Under the pieces are notes generated by a model. It searched no databases, was not told the origin of the DNA, and saw nothing but the letters and a program-made list of their open reading frames with translations. From Chiloscyllium plagiosum (lineage: Eukaryota), in NCBI RefSeq assembly GCF_004010195.1, contig NC_057750.1, positions 16,012,550 to 16,076,549 on the forward strand: DNA of 64,000 nt, in the 5' to 3' direction. Position numbers and translations under genes: made by a program. Below are positions 40,101-51,345 of the stretch, in pieces; position 1 is the stretch's first letter, and each line of letters opens with the position of its first letter.

Positions 40101-40980
40101 ACCTATGTCATTGGACTGATGTGTACCATGACTTCTGGCTGCTCTCCCTCCCCCTTAAGAATCCTCTAGACTTGATCCAAGACGTCCTTGATCCTGGCAC
40201 CTGGAAGGCAACATACCATCCAGAGTCTCAATCACGACCACAAATCTCCTGTCTGTTCCTCTCACAATTGAATCAATCACTATCCCTCTCCTATTTTTCC
40301 CTCCTTCCCTTCTGAGCCACAGAGCCAGGCTCAGTGCCAGAAACCTGGCCGCTGTGGCTTTCCCCTGGTAGGTTGTCCTCCCCAACAGTATCCAAAAACA
40401 GAATACTTATTATTGAGGGGAACGGCCACAGGGGATCCCTGCACAGTCTGCCTATTCCCTTTCCCTCTCCTGACTGTCACCCAGCTACTGTTATCCTCTA
40501 ACTCCTCTCTATCACCCCCTCAGCCTCTCAAATGATCCAAAGTTCATCCAGCTCCAGTTCTCTAACGCGGTCTGTGAGGAGCTGGAGGTGGGTGCATTTC
40601 TTGTAGGCGAAGTCAGCAGTGACACAAGTGGTGACCCTTACACCCCACACCCTGCAAGAGGAGCATGCAACTGCCCTAGCCTCCATTCCCTCTGCTTTAA
40701 ATTGCCAAGAAAGATTGAATAAATGAAAATAACCTTACCTTACCAATCCTCCACACACAGTCTTTTTTTTTGGTTAGAGGAATAGGAAGGGTGGGAGGCA
40801 TGTCTAGTGTCTCAGGTTTAGCCACAGCCTGAATATGTCGATTCACGTGCTCAGCAATCCCTGTGCCTGCATCCACTCCTGTTGAGTCTTTGCTCTGCCG
40901 ATTCATGAGGTAAGTGTTTCAAAGGGAAATTTACCTTCCTGGCAGCCCCCTGGTCCACGCTCTCACCACTCCCGCTGCTA
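37139..40980 (-). mobile_element. CR1 LINE cluster: young RT/endonuclease copy (37139-~39240), a second RT fragment (~39240-39980), ORF1/5' region (~39980-40980)
   Basis: ORFs 37418 (FADDTKIGG), 38775 (VMVGDFNFPNIDW, LGARDHN), 39568, 40155 (DSIVRGTDRRF). Confidence 0.85.
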
Positions 40981-41935
40981 CAAATATGATGAAGAGGCTG
41001 GTAGAATGGAAAGTGAGAATCAAGGAGACCTAGTCATTGTTAAGGAAAGCAAGTGAAAGGGTGAGGGCACATGTGCAGAAAATGGATTGGACACTGCTGG
41101 TGACCCTGTTTACCATGGTAGCGGCAAGTCTTTGGCTGAGGGAAAATACATTTCTGAGGTCCCCGTGTGGAAGCTGTCATCATTAGAACAGATTGGCAAC
41201 AAAAGAGAAAGTTTTGGAGAAACTGGTTCACTAATGTTGTTTTGGGGAGGAAAATCTGCTTCTTTACTTCATCAGGCCTACACTTGACTTTAAAACTACA
41301 GGAATGTGGTTGATTCTTAAATGCACTCTGAAATGGCCTAGCAAACTACTCAGTTGTATCAAATTGCTACGGTGTCTAAAAGGAATGAAATTGGACTGAC
41401 TACCTAGGCACTGGAAATGACAACGATAAACCCAGACCCCTCAATCCTGCAAGCCCTTCTTGCTAGCATGTTGTACATTTGTGCTAAAATTGAGAGAGTT
41501 GTCCCTTGGCTGGTTGAGCAACGGCCTCACCATTGTCTGTAAGGTATGATTTGATGAATATGACTATGTCCCAGACACCACACTGCCCCCAGGTTGTCAC
41601 TGGTGATTGAAATTGTTCATGCTCAACAATAATGACTGAGCAGCATTTTGTATGGCTTTCTATTTTTTCATCACTTTGCATGTTGTGCAAAGCCATACTC
41701 CGTTTTGTCTTTTAATGGGATTTATTTGCAACTATGCATTGTCTGCATGACTCAAGACTTTAAAGTGAATACAACTGAATAATCCCTTTGTTACTTGACA
41801 AGATTTTGTAACTTTTTAAACCTGACCTCAGTTACCAATGTGTTTATCTTAAAAACACATTTGCCATATTTTGTTTTGCACAGTTATGTTCAAATGAGAA
41901 TGATGAATAAATAATACTTTTTCTCATTTTTACAG

Positions 41936-42047
41936 GGAGACCAGTGCAATTTCAGCCATGATTTAGGCCCACCAAGAAAGCGGGAGCTCTGCAGATTTTA
42001 CTACAATGGATTCTGTGCGAAAGCAGAAAATTGTTTGTACATGCACA
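41936..42047 (+). CDS. ZC3H4: ZC3H4 coding exon, end of finger 1 and all of finger 2 ([37 protein letters not shown])
   Basis: tttttacag| acceptor; C-x7-C-x5-C-x3-H motif; followed by the U12 donor ATATCCTTC. Confidence 0.93.
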
Positions 42048-42987
42048 ATATCCTTCTGTATTCTGATTTTGCAGTGGTGCTAAATTGATGGTATAACTCA
42101 GCCAGGTTGTGATAATAGGACTGTAAGCCATGTTGATGCAAGACCTAGGAAAAGACTACTATATCTTGATTTGACACTGTAAAGGCTGTAGTTTCAGTGC
42201 AGTATTAAGTACTTTCATGGAGCTTCAGATTTCTGGCACAGCTGATAATCTTGTTTTACAAATACTGTGTTGATGAAGTGCACAATCTTGACTGTGCTAC
42301 CAGCATATTCCGAGTTCATTTTCCAGGAGTGAAGCTTTGAGAATGCATGTTTTAATTTCAGAAAACTAGCGCCATGTCTTCACCTTAGTTTTATAAAAGC
42401 TGGTTAATGCAGAGGGACTACTACAATTTTACAGGAAAATAATATTTTCTAAAAAATTGTAATATTACTGGGTTTAAACACTCGCATAAACTATGTAAAT
42501 AAATATGGAGAATTAGAGAAAGTACAGGAAAATAATTATTTTGGGAGGGAGTTCACTTTTTCTTAACCTAAAAGGTTTAATCAAAATTTTTATTTTATAT
42601 GTAGTCTTAAATGTACTTCTTATATTTCCTTCAAGTGTTGCTCTTCAATCCTGTAAATATTTTTACATTAGCATTCAGTCATTCTTCAGACACTCATCCT
42701 AGTTATGCTTATTTCGATTGGATTAAATTTGTGATTCTTTCTCGCTTGTTCTAACAACCCTCCAAGGTTTTTTTGACTGGCCTGTAATTGTTTGGCTAAC
42801 TCCAGAATCTGCTTTTTGCTAAACAGTGCCACTTTTTAAATAGTTATATGGAAGCAGCTGTCATCTTTTCTCAGCTTGCATGCCAGTCTGTTTTTCACCA
42901 ATTCCTAACTTTGAAAAGTTCAAAACTGTCCATAATGTCCAATCCATATCATGCTGCCATGGCTGATATTCTGTGAGCCAGCTTGAG

Positions 42988-43849
42988 TGATTGTGTTAGT
43001 CCAAGATTTCCCCAGTTTAAATTCATAGAATCACGCAGTATGGAAATGGATCCTTTGGAGCAAGCATTCCATGCTGACCGTGATTCCAAACTAAACTAGT
43101 CCCACCTGCCTGCACTTGGCCCATATCCCATCAAACATTTCTTATTCATGTACGTATCTAACTGTCTTTTAAACGTTATAACTGAATCTGCATCTATCTC
43201 TTAATTTGGAAGGTCATCACATGCACGAACCACAAAATAGGGCCCCTTAGACTTGAAATCCCTCACCCTAGGAACCAGAAACCTGTCATTCCTATTATCT
43301 ATAAAGTTAAAAATCACACAACACCAGGTTATAGTCCAACAGGTTTAATTGGAAGCACACTAGCTTTCGGAGCGACGCTCCTTCATCAGGTGATTGTGGA
43401 GGGCTCGATCGTAACACAGATGTTACGATCGAGCCCTCCACAATCACCTGATGAAGGAGCGTCGCTCCGAAAGCTAGTGTGCTTCCAATTAAACCTGTTG
43501 GACTATAACCTGGTGTTGTGTGATTTTTAACTTTATAGATAATAGGAATGACAGGTTTCTGGTTCCTAGGGTGAGGGATTTCAAGTCTAAGGGGCCCTAT
43601 TTTGTGGTTCGTGCATGTGATGACCTTCCAAATTAAGAGATAGATGCAGATTCAGTTATAACGTTTAAAAGACAGTTAGATACGTACATGAATAAGAAAT
43701 GTTTGATGGGATATGGGCCAAGTGCAGGCAGGTGGGACTAGTTTAGTTTGGAATCACGGTCAGCATGGAATGCTTGCTCCAAAGGATCCATTTCCATACT
43801 GCGTGATTCTATGAATTTAAACTGGGGAAATCTTGGACTAACACAATCA
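42988..43849. repeat. Perfect palindrome, 429-bp arms with a 4-nt loop
   Basis: 42988-43416 is the reverse complement of 43421-43849; loop caga. Confidence 0.92.
43445..43479 (+). ncRNA. Minimal type I hammerhead ribozyme motif (Penelope family A); mirror copy on the minus strand at 43358-43392
   Basis: CAC CTGATGA A GGAGC GTC GCTCC GAA AGCT A GTG: helix I CAC/GTG, helix II GGAGC/GCTCC, palindromic AGCT in place of helix III, predicted cleavage after A43476. Confidence 0.75.
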
Positions 43850-44311
43850 TTCAACTTTGTACACCCCAGTCCAACACCGGCATCTCCGAATCATGACTGT
43901 TATCTATACCCCTTGTTATTTTATAAACCTCTCTAAGACCACTACTCAACCTTCTACTCTTCAGTGAAAAACCTCTGAGCCTATCCAGCCTTTCCTTATA
44001 ACTCAAATCCTGCATTACCAGCAACATCCTGGTAACTCTCGTCTGAACTCTCTCCAGCTTAAAGGTATCCTTTCTATAACAGGAAGACCAGAACTGAGCG
44101 CAGTATTCCAGAAGAGGCCTCACCAATGTCCCACACAACCTCAAAGTAACATCCCAGTTCCTATACTCAAAAGTCTGAGCAATGAAGACAATCCTGCTCA
44201 GCACCTTCTTAACCACCCTATGTATATGTAATGCAAACTTCAAAGAATTATGTACATGAACCTTAGGTCCCTCTATCTACAACACTGCACAACACCCTAC
44301 CTTTAATTGTA

Positions 44312-44471
44312 TACATGATGCAGAGGTGCTGGTGTTGGATAGGGTTGGACAAGATCAAAAATCACACAACACCAGGTTGTAATCCAACGGGTTTATTTGA
44401 AAACACTAGCTTTCGGACTGCTGCTCCTTCATCAGGTGCTTGCACTATAAGCTGGTGTTGTGTGATTTTTG
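44312..44471. mobile_element. Penelope-like hairpin element (family A)
   Basis: tail, arm and short inverted arm; 13-bp TSD acctttaattgta (44299-44311 / 44472-44484). Confidence 0.8.
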
Positions 44472-45208
44472 ACCTTTAATTGTACAAGTCTTGTCTTTGT
44501 TTGTTTTACCAAAATGCAATACTTTTCATTATCCAAATTGAACTCCATCTGCAACTCTTTTGTCGGTGGACCCAATTTTTCAAGATCTCTTTGTATTCTT
44601 AGATAACTTCTGACAGTGTTTTTCACCTGTTGAACCATGTCCTATGCCACCCTTTCAGAACAGCCAATCTGCAAGCTTCCTCCTGTCAAATAACCAGATA
44701 AGCCAATATGCAGAAGAATAAGAAATAATGATGTTGTATGGACAGCAGTTTGCCTCCATTATGATATGTAATGAAACTATGTGCAAATAAGGATTTATTA
44801 TCACCATAATTTGATCTCCATTGCATAATACATTACCTCTTCTAAAATCATGGTATATCGTTAGGCTGGCTGCAATTTGTGTGATGAGACACCTACTTAG
44901 GTAAACAAGTACAGGTGTATATAGAAAGAAACTAATAATGTCCCCCCATTTTTTAGGATAAGCATCTTTTTCTGTGGACTCCTATCTGTTTTCTTCCAAG
45001 AGTTCTAACTATTGAACAAATTGCCTTCTTCCTGAGGTCTTTTAAAACTTTTAAGCTTGGTGTTAGCTAGTCAGTATTACTCAAGTTACTTCTCTTCTGC
45101 TATTTCCAACCTTGGTGCTCTGCACCTTGGGTCTTGGCTGTTCAACTCAGTGCCACTAATGCAAAGATATAGCGTAACATCCAGTGGCCTTGATCTGATT
45201 CCAGAGTG

Positions 45209-46239
45209 TGGTGGTGCTGGTACACCTCAGTACCTCACTCTGCTGCAGGCCCACAGATAACCTCCGGATGCTGCACTTCTCTATCTTCCACCCTAAACAT
45301 GTTAAAGAACATCCCTGTGCCTCCACTTCTTGCCTTAAAACAACTGCCAAACCTTAAAGAGACTATTGTTCCCAGTAATCTACCCAGGCTTCAGGACAAC
45401 ATCGACCACAATACCACGCTACTCTGCCGTGGCAACCTGTGCAAGACATGCCACATCATCAACATGGATGCTACCATAACACGTGTGAACATCACCCACC
45501 ATGCAGATGTTACAACAATGGATGAATGGACATTATGCAACAATCGCCAGACAGGAATGTTCCCCCCCAGTTGGGGAACACTTCAGAGGTCATGAACATT
45601 CAGCCTCCGATGTTTGGGTAAGCTTCATCCAAGATGGCCTTCGAGATATACAGTAATGCAGAATTACCGAGCAAAAACTGATAACCAAGTTCCGTACCTA
45701 TGAAGACATCCTCTTATTGGGTTCATGTCTTGCTGAATGTAATCCCATCATACTGTTCTGTATCTGTTAAATCTTCCTTCGTGTTCTGTTTTGACGCCAT
45801 CACCTTGATAACTTTTTTGATCTCTCTAATTAGTTTATACAGTTTTGGATTACTTGTTACTTTGGTTCGACCCTCGACATGTGACTCTTATACCTGTCAT
45901 GTTATTCCAGCCATTTGGTTTTCTCCAGCACCACCTTATTTTGAATTTTTAAAAATCATCTCTGCATCAATCAATTGGATTATAGGTCATCCATTGTCTT
46001 GCGATTCAGCTGTTGACACTTTACTGTTAGCTACTGACACTTTTGATCACCTGCAGAGACTTATTATTCAGCCTGTTGACATTCCACTCAAGTCATTTGT
46101 ATGATCTTTTGATCTTCCTGTTTATAAGTTCTGTGCCTGTGTGCTTGTTTTCATTTCACCTGGTAAAGGAGCAGCGCTCCAAAAGCTTGTGATTTCAGAT
46201 AAACCTGTTGATATAACCTGATGTTGTGCAACTTCTAAC
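45209..46239 (+). mobile_element. Penelope-like element (family A relative), linker and GIY-YIG remnant
   Basis: PPLLALKQLPNLKETIV..CRGNLCKTCHII linker; EQKLITKFRTYED; decayed hammerhead at ~46157-46192; 14-bp TSD ctgattccagagtg (45195-45208 / 46240-46253). Confidence 0.8.
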
Positions 46240-46279
46240 CTGATTCCAGAGTGGTGAGGTGTTATTGGATAGAGGTCAG

Positions 46280-47100
46280 TTTAAGAGTGTGGTGCTGGAA
46301 AAGCACAACAGGTCAGGCAGCATTCGTGAAGCAGGAGAATCGACGTTTCGGGCATAAGCCCTTCATCAGAAATTAGGCTTTTGGGCCGGAGGGCTGAGAG
46401 ATAAATGGGAGAGGGGTGGAGTTAGGGGAGGTAGCTGGGAAAGCGATAGGTGGATGAAGGTGAGGGAGAAGGTGATAGGTCAGGGCGGCAGTGATGGACG
46501 GGTTCGGAGGGTGGTGCCGAATTGGAGGCTTGGAACTGGGATAATGTGGGGGAGGGGAAATGAAGAAGCTGTTGAAATCCACATTTATCCCATGTGGTTG
46601 CAGGGTCCCAAGGTGGAATATGAGGCATTCCTCCTCCAGGTGTTGGGTGGTAATGGTTTGGCAGTGGATGAGGCCCAGGACCTGCATGTCCCTGATGGAG
46701 TTGAAGTGTTCAGCTACGGGGCAGTGGGGTTGGTGGGTGCAGGTGTCCCAGAGATGTTCTCTGAAACGATCCGCAAGGAGGCGTCCTGTCTCCACGGTGT
46801 AGAGGAGGCCACACTGGATGCAACTCAGCACCACCCTCAGGACCTGTCCATCTCTATCCCCTCTGATCTATCACCTTCTCCCTTACCTTCATCCATCAAC
46901 GTTTTCCAAGCTCCCTCTCCCCAACCCCACCCCCCTCCTATTTATCTTTCAGCCCCCCGGCTAACAAGCCTCATTCACAATGAAGGGCTTATGCCCAAAG
47001 CACGATTCTCTTGCTCCTCGGATACGGCTTGACCTGCTGTGCTTTTCCAGCATTGCACTCTCAACTCTTATCTCCAGCATCTGCAGTCCTCATATTCTCC
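46280..47100. mobile_element. Penelope-like element (family B) with inverted termini and GIY-YIG ORF remnant
   Basis: ORF 46373..46834 minus: CIQCGLLYTVETGRLLADRFREHL…VAEHFN…LIFHLGTLQPHGINVDF. Confidence 0.85.
46340..46371 (-). ncRNA. Minimal hammerhead ribozyme motif (Penelope family B)
   Basis: minus strand reads tt CTGATGA A GGGC TTAT GCCC GAA ACGT C ga: intact core, palindromic ACGT, GUC cleavage triplet; helix I is weak. Confidence 0.7.
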
Positions 47101-47526
47101 TGGAGCTCAGGTATAGAATCATACAAAATATTATCTGCTCTGAGCTATCAGATAAAATTTGAAAGTTTTTGCGGATCCTAGAACTTTCTATATACTCCAT
47201 AAACTTAAGCAGATTTTTTTCTGCTGAATTTGTGCTCCTCTGCAAATGTAAACCTGAAGGTTTACTGTCGGCGAATGTTTATGAGTATATGAATAAAGCT
47301 AACCCTAACCTTCACAGTTTAGAAAAGAGACAAGATCTAATATGGTACAGGTTATGATAGTTGTAGAATTAACAGCATCAATTTTTCATTGCGGGATAAA
47401 ACTGAGAGGTTGTCGACTCATACATTTATTGATCCATTTGAAAAATATCAAAGTAATTGATAAAATTTTGGTTGAGTTCCTGTAGTTATAAAAATCAAGA
47501 AAGTCATTGTCCTTAATATGCCTCAC

Positions 47527-47636
47527 ATGAATTCCCTTGTAAATTCTATCATACAACTGGAAATTGTTACCAGGGTGATGAGTGCAAATTTTCCCATCGA
47601 CATTTAACTGAAGAAACCAGGGAGCTTCTGGACAAG
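47527..47636 (+). CDS. ZC3H4: ZC3H4 coding exon, CCCH finger 3 ([37 protein letters not shown])
   Basis: preceded by U12 branch site and AC; AAG|gtaaag donor; C-x8-C-x5-C-x3-H. Confidence 0.93.
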
Positions 47637-48719
47637 GTAAAGCAAATTACAGATTTTCTTTCACCCAGTTTTCTCCCTTTCTGTTAGCAGTGACTATCAG
47701 CAAGATGTAGTTGCCTCCAGTTGATACATTGCTCTTTAGTACATTGCTCTAGTCAATTCAGTTGTGATTCTGGACCTTATCTACAGATTATTTTATTTAT
47801 GGATTGAAGAAAGTATATTTGAATGTGACCATGTTCTCTCAAATATCTATATATGAGTAGTTTTCAGCAGGTGGTCACTGGGTGATTTGGATAGAAGGAA
47901 TTATGGCTGATTTGTGAGATCATTATGACTGCCTAAATCAGCTCACATTAAAGGCCGTGAATTGAACAGGAAAATGTCAAATCTTCATTGACAGCATGAA
48001 TTACTGCAGTATATTTTTCCTTCAGTTCTTTTGGTAGCACTGAAACAGATAGATTTGAATTGTTTATTTCAGTGAACACAGTTGTCATATAATTGGCAGC
48101 CAAAATTATTACCTTCACACGGGGAAATTGCTTGTCTTCGAAAGAGGTTGCAATAAAGCTATTCCAGTCAATGATATTGTAGTTTCTTATACTTTGATTG
48201 CACATCCACAGTTTGAATGTTTAATTTCATGCCAGCAGAGCAGGGCAAAAAAAAAATACTTTTTCTGGTTTTTCTGGAAAATTTGTCTCTTGAGGTGGCT
48301 CTCCTGTCCTCTAGTCCACCTGTATAGCCTTATTGAATTCACTGGAGTTGACCTACATTACCAGCAGAGCAATAAAAGAGAATTTTACAAATCTACGTAC
48401 GTTTATATCCGTAGGTTAAATGATTGTATTCCACGAGTGTGTAAGGAAAGTTAGTTCTTTCCATTTGTTAGCAAGGTGTTGGCTGTGTTGCTGGGAGTAT
48501 TGAACAGTGTTGGTTTTACAAGTCTCACAAACAGTTAAATAGTAAAATGGTAGTCAAAGAAGGGCAGAGCTGTTTATAGACCAGAAAAATGATTTTACGA
48601 AAGCAGGTGGATGGCTAAGGTATGAAATGAGTAATTTCCAGGTGTTTGGATCAGCAAAGCTAGCTGCTAGAAGATGGTAGAAGGTAAATTGGATATCATA
48701 AAATTCAAGAGGATGTCAA

Positions 48720-49130
48720 GAGAATTGTGGTAGTGTAGTTGTAATGTCACTGGAATAATTATTCAGAGGGAACATGGACTGAAATTCCACCCTGGAAACT
48801 AATGGTGTAAATAAACGTGTCCTTTAATAACGGGAAGTGGGTCACTAGAGGCTCATTGACGATGTTACCTATTATGGTGATGAAACATCTGAAAATGAAC
48901 CTTCCAGTTCAGCGAGCAAACTTGCATCCAAAATGTCCTTTATATACCTAATGTCATTTTTGGAAGGAAGTCTGTGGTTCTTATCTGGTCTGGCCTGCAT
49001 GTGACTTCAGACCTGCAATGATGCAGCTAACTGTTAACTGCCATCTGAAATGGCCCAACATGCCTCTCTGTTCAAGGGCTGTTAGGGATAGACCAGCAAA
49101 TGTGGCCCACATGCCATGAATGGATTTGTA
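48720..49130 (+). mobile_element. Shark SINE (DeuSINE/SacSINE1-like), interrupted
   Basis: ggaaggaagtctg..tggtctggcctgcatgtgacttcagacc shared with the 19947 copy. Confidence 0.5.
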
Positions 49131-49159
49131 CAAAAAATGCATTTAAAAATGTAGTAGTC

Positions 49160-50050
49160 TGTAATTTGAAAAATCTCCAGATGGGATACACCTCAGGAAG
49201 CTAAAAGAAAGTAAGGGTGTGAAATTGCAGAACCTCTTGCCCAAAGTTTGCAGTGAGACTCAGAAATTTAGTGAACAATAGGAGGATTGTAATAAATTAC
49301 AAGAGGACATAGATTTGTAAAATTTAATGTGGAGAAATGTAAAGCACTGCATTCTGGTAGGATGAATGAGGAAAGGCAAAATGAACCAAATGGTACAACT
49401 TTAAAGCAGGTCAAAACAGAGAGACCTGAGCTGTAGGTATACAATCTTTAAAGGTATAAAACAAATAAGGGAGGCTATAATTAAAGAGGACAAGAGCAGG
49501 GAAGTTGTACTAAACATTTTCAGAGCACTCATTCGGTCTCAAATGTGATATTGTTTATTTCTGGCCATCGCACTTTATTAAGGGGACTTTGCTTAATTTA
49601 CAGAAAAAAAATTACTAGAATAGACTATGATTGAAAGACTTGCAGTTCTGTAGAGAATCTGGAAAATCAAGTGTTGTCCTCCTTCCAGCAGAAAAGGTTA
49701 AGAGGAATGTTAATAAAAGTGTTCAAAATCATAAATTGTTTTGATAGAACAAATAAATAGAAGCTGTTTCCAGTGGCAGAGGGGGTCAATAATCAGAGGA
49801 CATTAATTGACAATGATTGGCAAAAAGAACCAGAGCAACATGAATTTTTTTTTACACAGTAATTTGTTATGATTTGAAATGCATTGCCTAAAAGTGAGGT
49901 GGAACTTTCAAAAGGAAATTGACCCTGACAGAAGGAAAATTCTAGGGCTATGAAGAAAGAGCAGGACATCAGATGAACTCATTAGTTCTACCAAAGAATC
50001 AGCACAGGCATGACTAGCCTCCCCCTCTGGTGTATCATTTTATGGTTCTG
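49160..50050 (+). mobile_element. Old CR1 LINE 3' remnant
   Basis: degenerate RT C-terminal and 3' tail motifs. Confidence 0.5.
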
Positions 50051-50093
50051 TGAATTGGTCATTAAATTATTAATTTTTCATCTTTTCAATCAG

Positions 50094-50446
50094 ATGCTAG
50101 CCAGTGAGGCAGAAGCTGGGGCAGAGGATGAGAAGGAAGTGGAAGAGCTAAAAAAACAAGGAATCACTCCCTTACCGAAGCCGCCACCTGGAGTTGGATT
50201 GTTACCCACACCACCTCGGCCTCCAATGCCACCACCTTCGAATATGCCCAATGTCCCTCGGCCTCCCATGATGGGACCACCTCCCCCACCTGGTCCCCCA
50301 CCACCTGGTCCCCCACCAATAGGTCCTCCGCCTCCAGGCCCTCCACCCCCTGGACCACCATGTCTTCCAGGCCAAAAGAAGATCCCCTCGCTCTTTGAAA
50401 TTGTTGTTCAACCCACTCCACACCTGGCACATAAAATGGGAATGAG
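50094..50446 (+). CDS. ZC3H4: ZC3H4 coding exon (MLASEAEAGAEDEKEVEELKKQG…proline-rich…KKIPSLFEIVVQPT)
   Basis: caatcag| acceptor, AG|gtaaat donor; phase 0/2; ORF 50010..50450; near-identical to recalled ZC3H4 AEAGAEDEKEVEELKKQGINPLPKPPPGVGLLPTPPRPP. Confidence 0.95.
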
Positions 50447-50979
50447 GTAAATATTTCATGCCATATTCTTAAATTTTGACACCAATCTATTAAACTTTCT
50501 TAAATGGCTGGTTTCCAGTGCAGAATGACACCAACAGTGCGGGTTCAATTCCTTTACCAGCTGAGGTCACCAGGAAGGTCTAGCCTTCTAAGCCTCTCCC
50601 TTTGCCTGTGGAAAGATGACACTCAGGTTAAACCTGCCACCAGTTGTCTCTTTCAAATGAGACAGCAGGCTGTGCTCCTTTGAAACTGCGGCAGTTTTCA
50701 CATACTGTACATACTTGAGTAATGGTTGATGTCTAAAAATGGGCCCTGACTTAGCAAAAAAAAATCATTAATCTTTCATGTACAGGTTGACCCACAACAT
50801 TTAGCTCTATTTACTTGTTGTCTACTCACTATTAATGTCAAATATGTCGTGGTGCAAATCTAGTTAGTAGATTCATAGTATGTCACAGCATCAAACATGG
50901 CAGTTCAGTTTCTTATGTCTACACATGTGAAAACATGATGCCAAGGCTACTACTTCACTCGTACTCACTTTGTTCCTGC

Positions 50980-51345
50980 CAATCCCACCTTCCAATAGGA
51001 ACATGGTATCAATAAGGAATGGTAGATGCAAAAGTGTGAGTTGATAAAGAATGGCACTGGAAGAGAGACAGCAGATCAGGTAGCAGGTCTGGAGCAAGAG
51101 AGTCAACATTTTGGGCTTCACCTTTCATCAGGATGAAGGGTTGATGAAGGGTTAACCCTGAACTGTGAACTATCTTGCTCCTCAGATGCTGGCTGACCTG
51201 TGCCTTTTCCAGTGCCATTCTTTATCAACTCACACTTTTGCATCTACCATTCCTTATTGATACCATGTTCCTATTAGAAGGTGGGATTGATACCACACTT
51301 TATCGACTCTGACTTCTCAAGCATCTGCAGTCCTCACTATCTCCC
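50980..51345. mobile_element. Penelope-like hairpin (family B) with an 83-bp near-perfect inverted duplication including host flank
   Basis: 50980-51062 vs 51207-51289 match 82/83; TSD agatgcaaaagtgt / agatgcacaagcgt (51024-51037 / 51346-51359). Confidence 0.8.

Larger units (their letters stand above)
43020..44610 (-). mobile_element. CR1 LINE 3' fragment hosting two Penelope-like insertions
   Basis: ORF 43851..44243 (LVRPLLEYCAQFWS, LSYKERLDRL). Confidence 0.8.
42048..47526 (+). other. ZC3H4: U12-type (minor spliceosome) AT-AC intron
   Basis: 5' end ATATCCTTC at 42048; branch site TCCTTAAT at 47510-47517; terminal AC at 47525-47526; no polypyrimidine tract; splicing restores YMH-N-EFPCK in frame. 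Confidence 0.93.
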
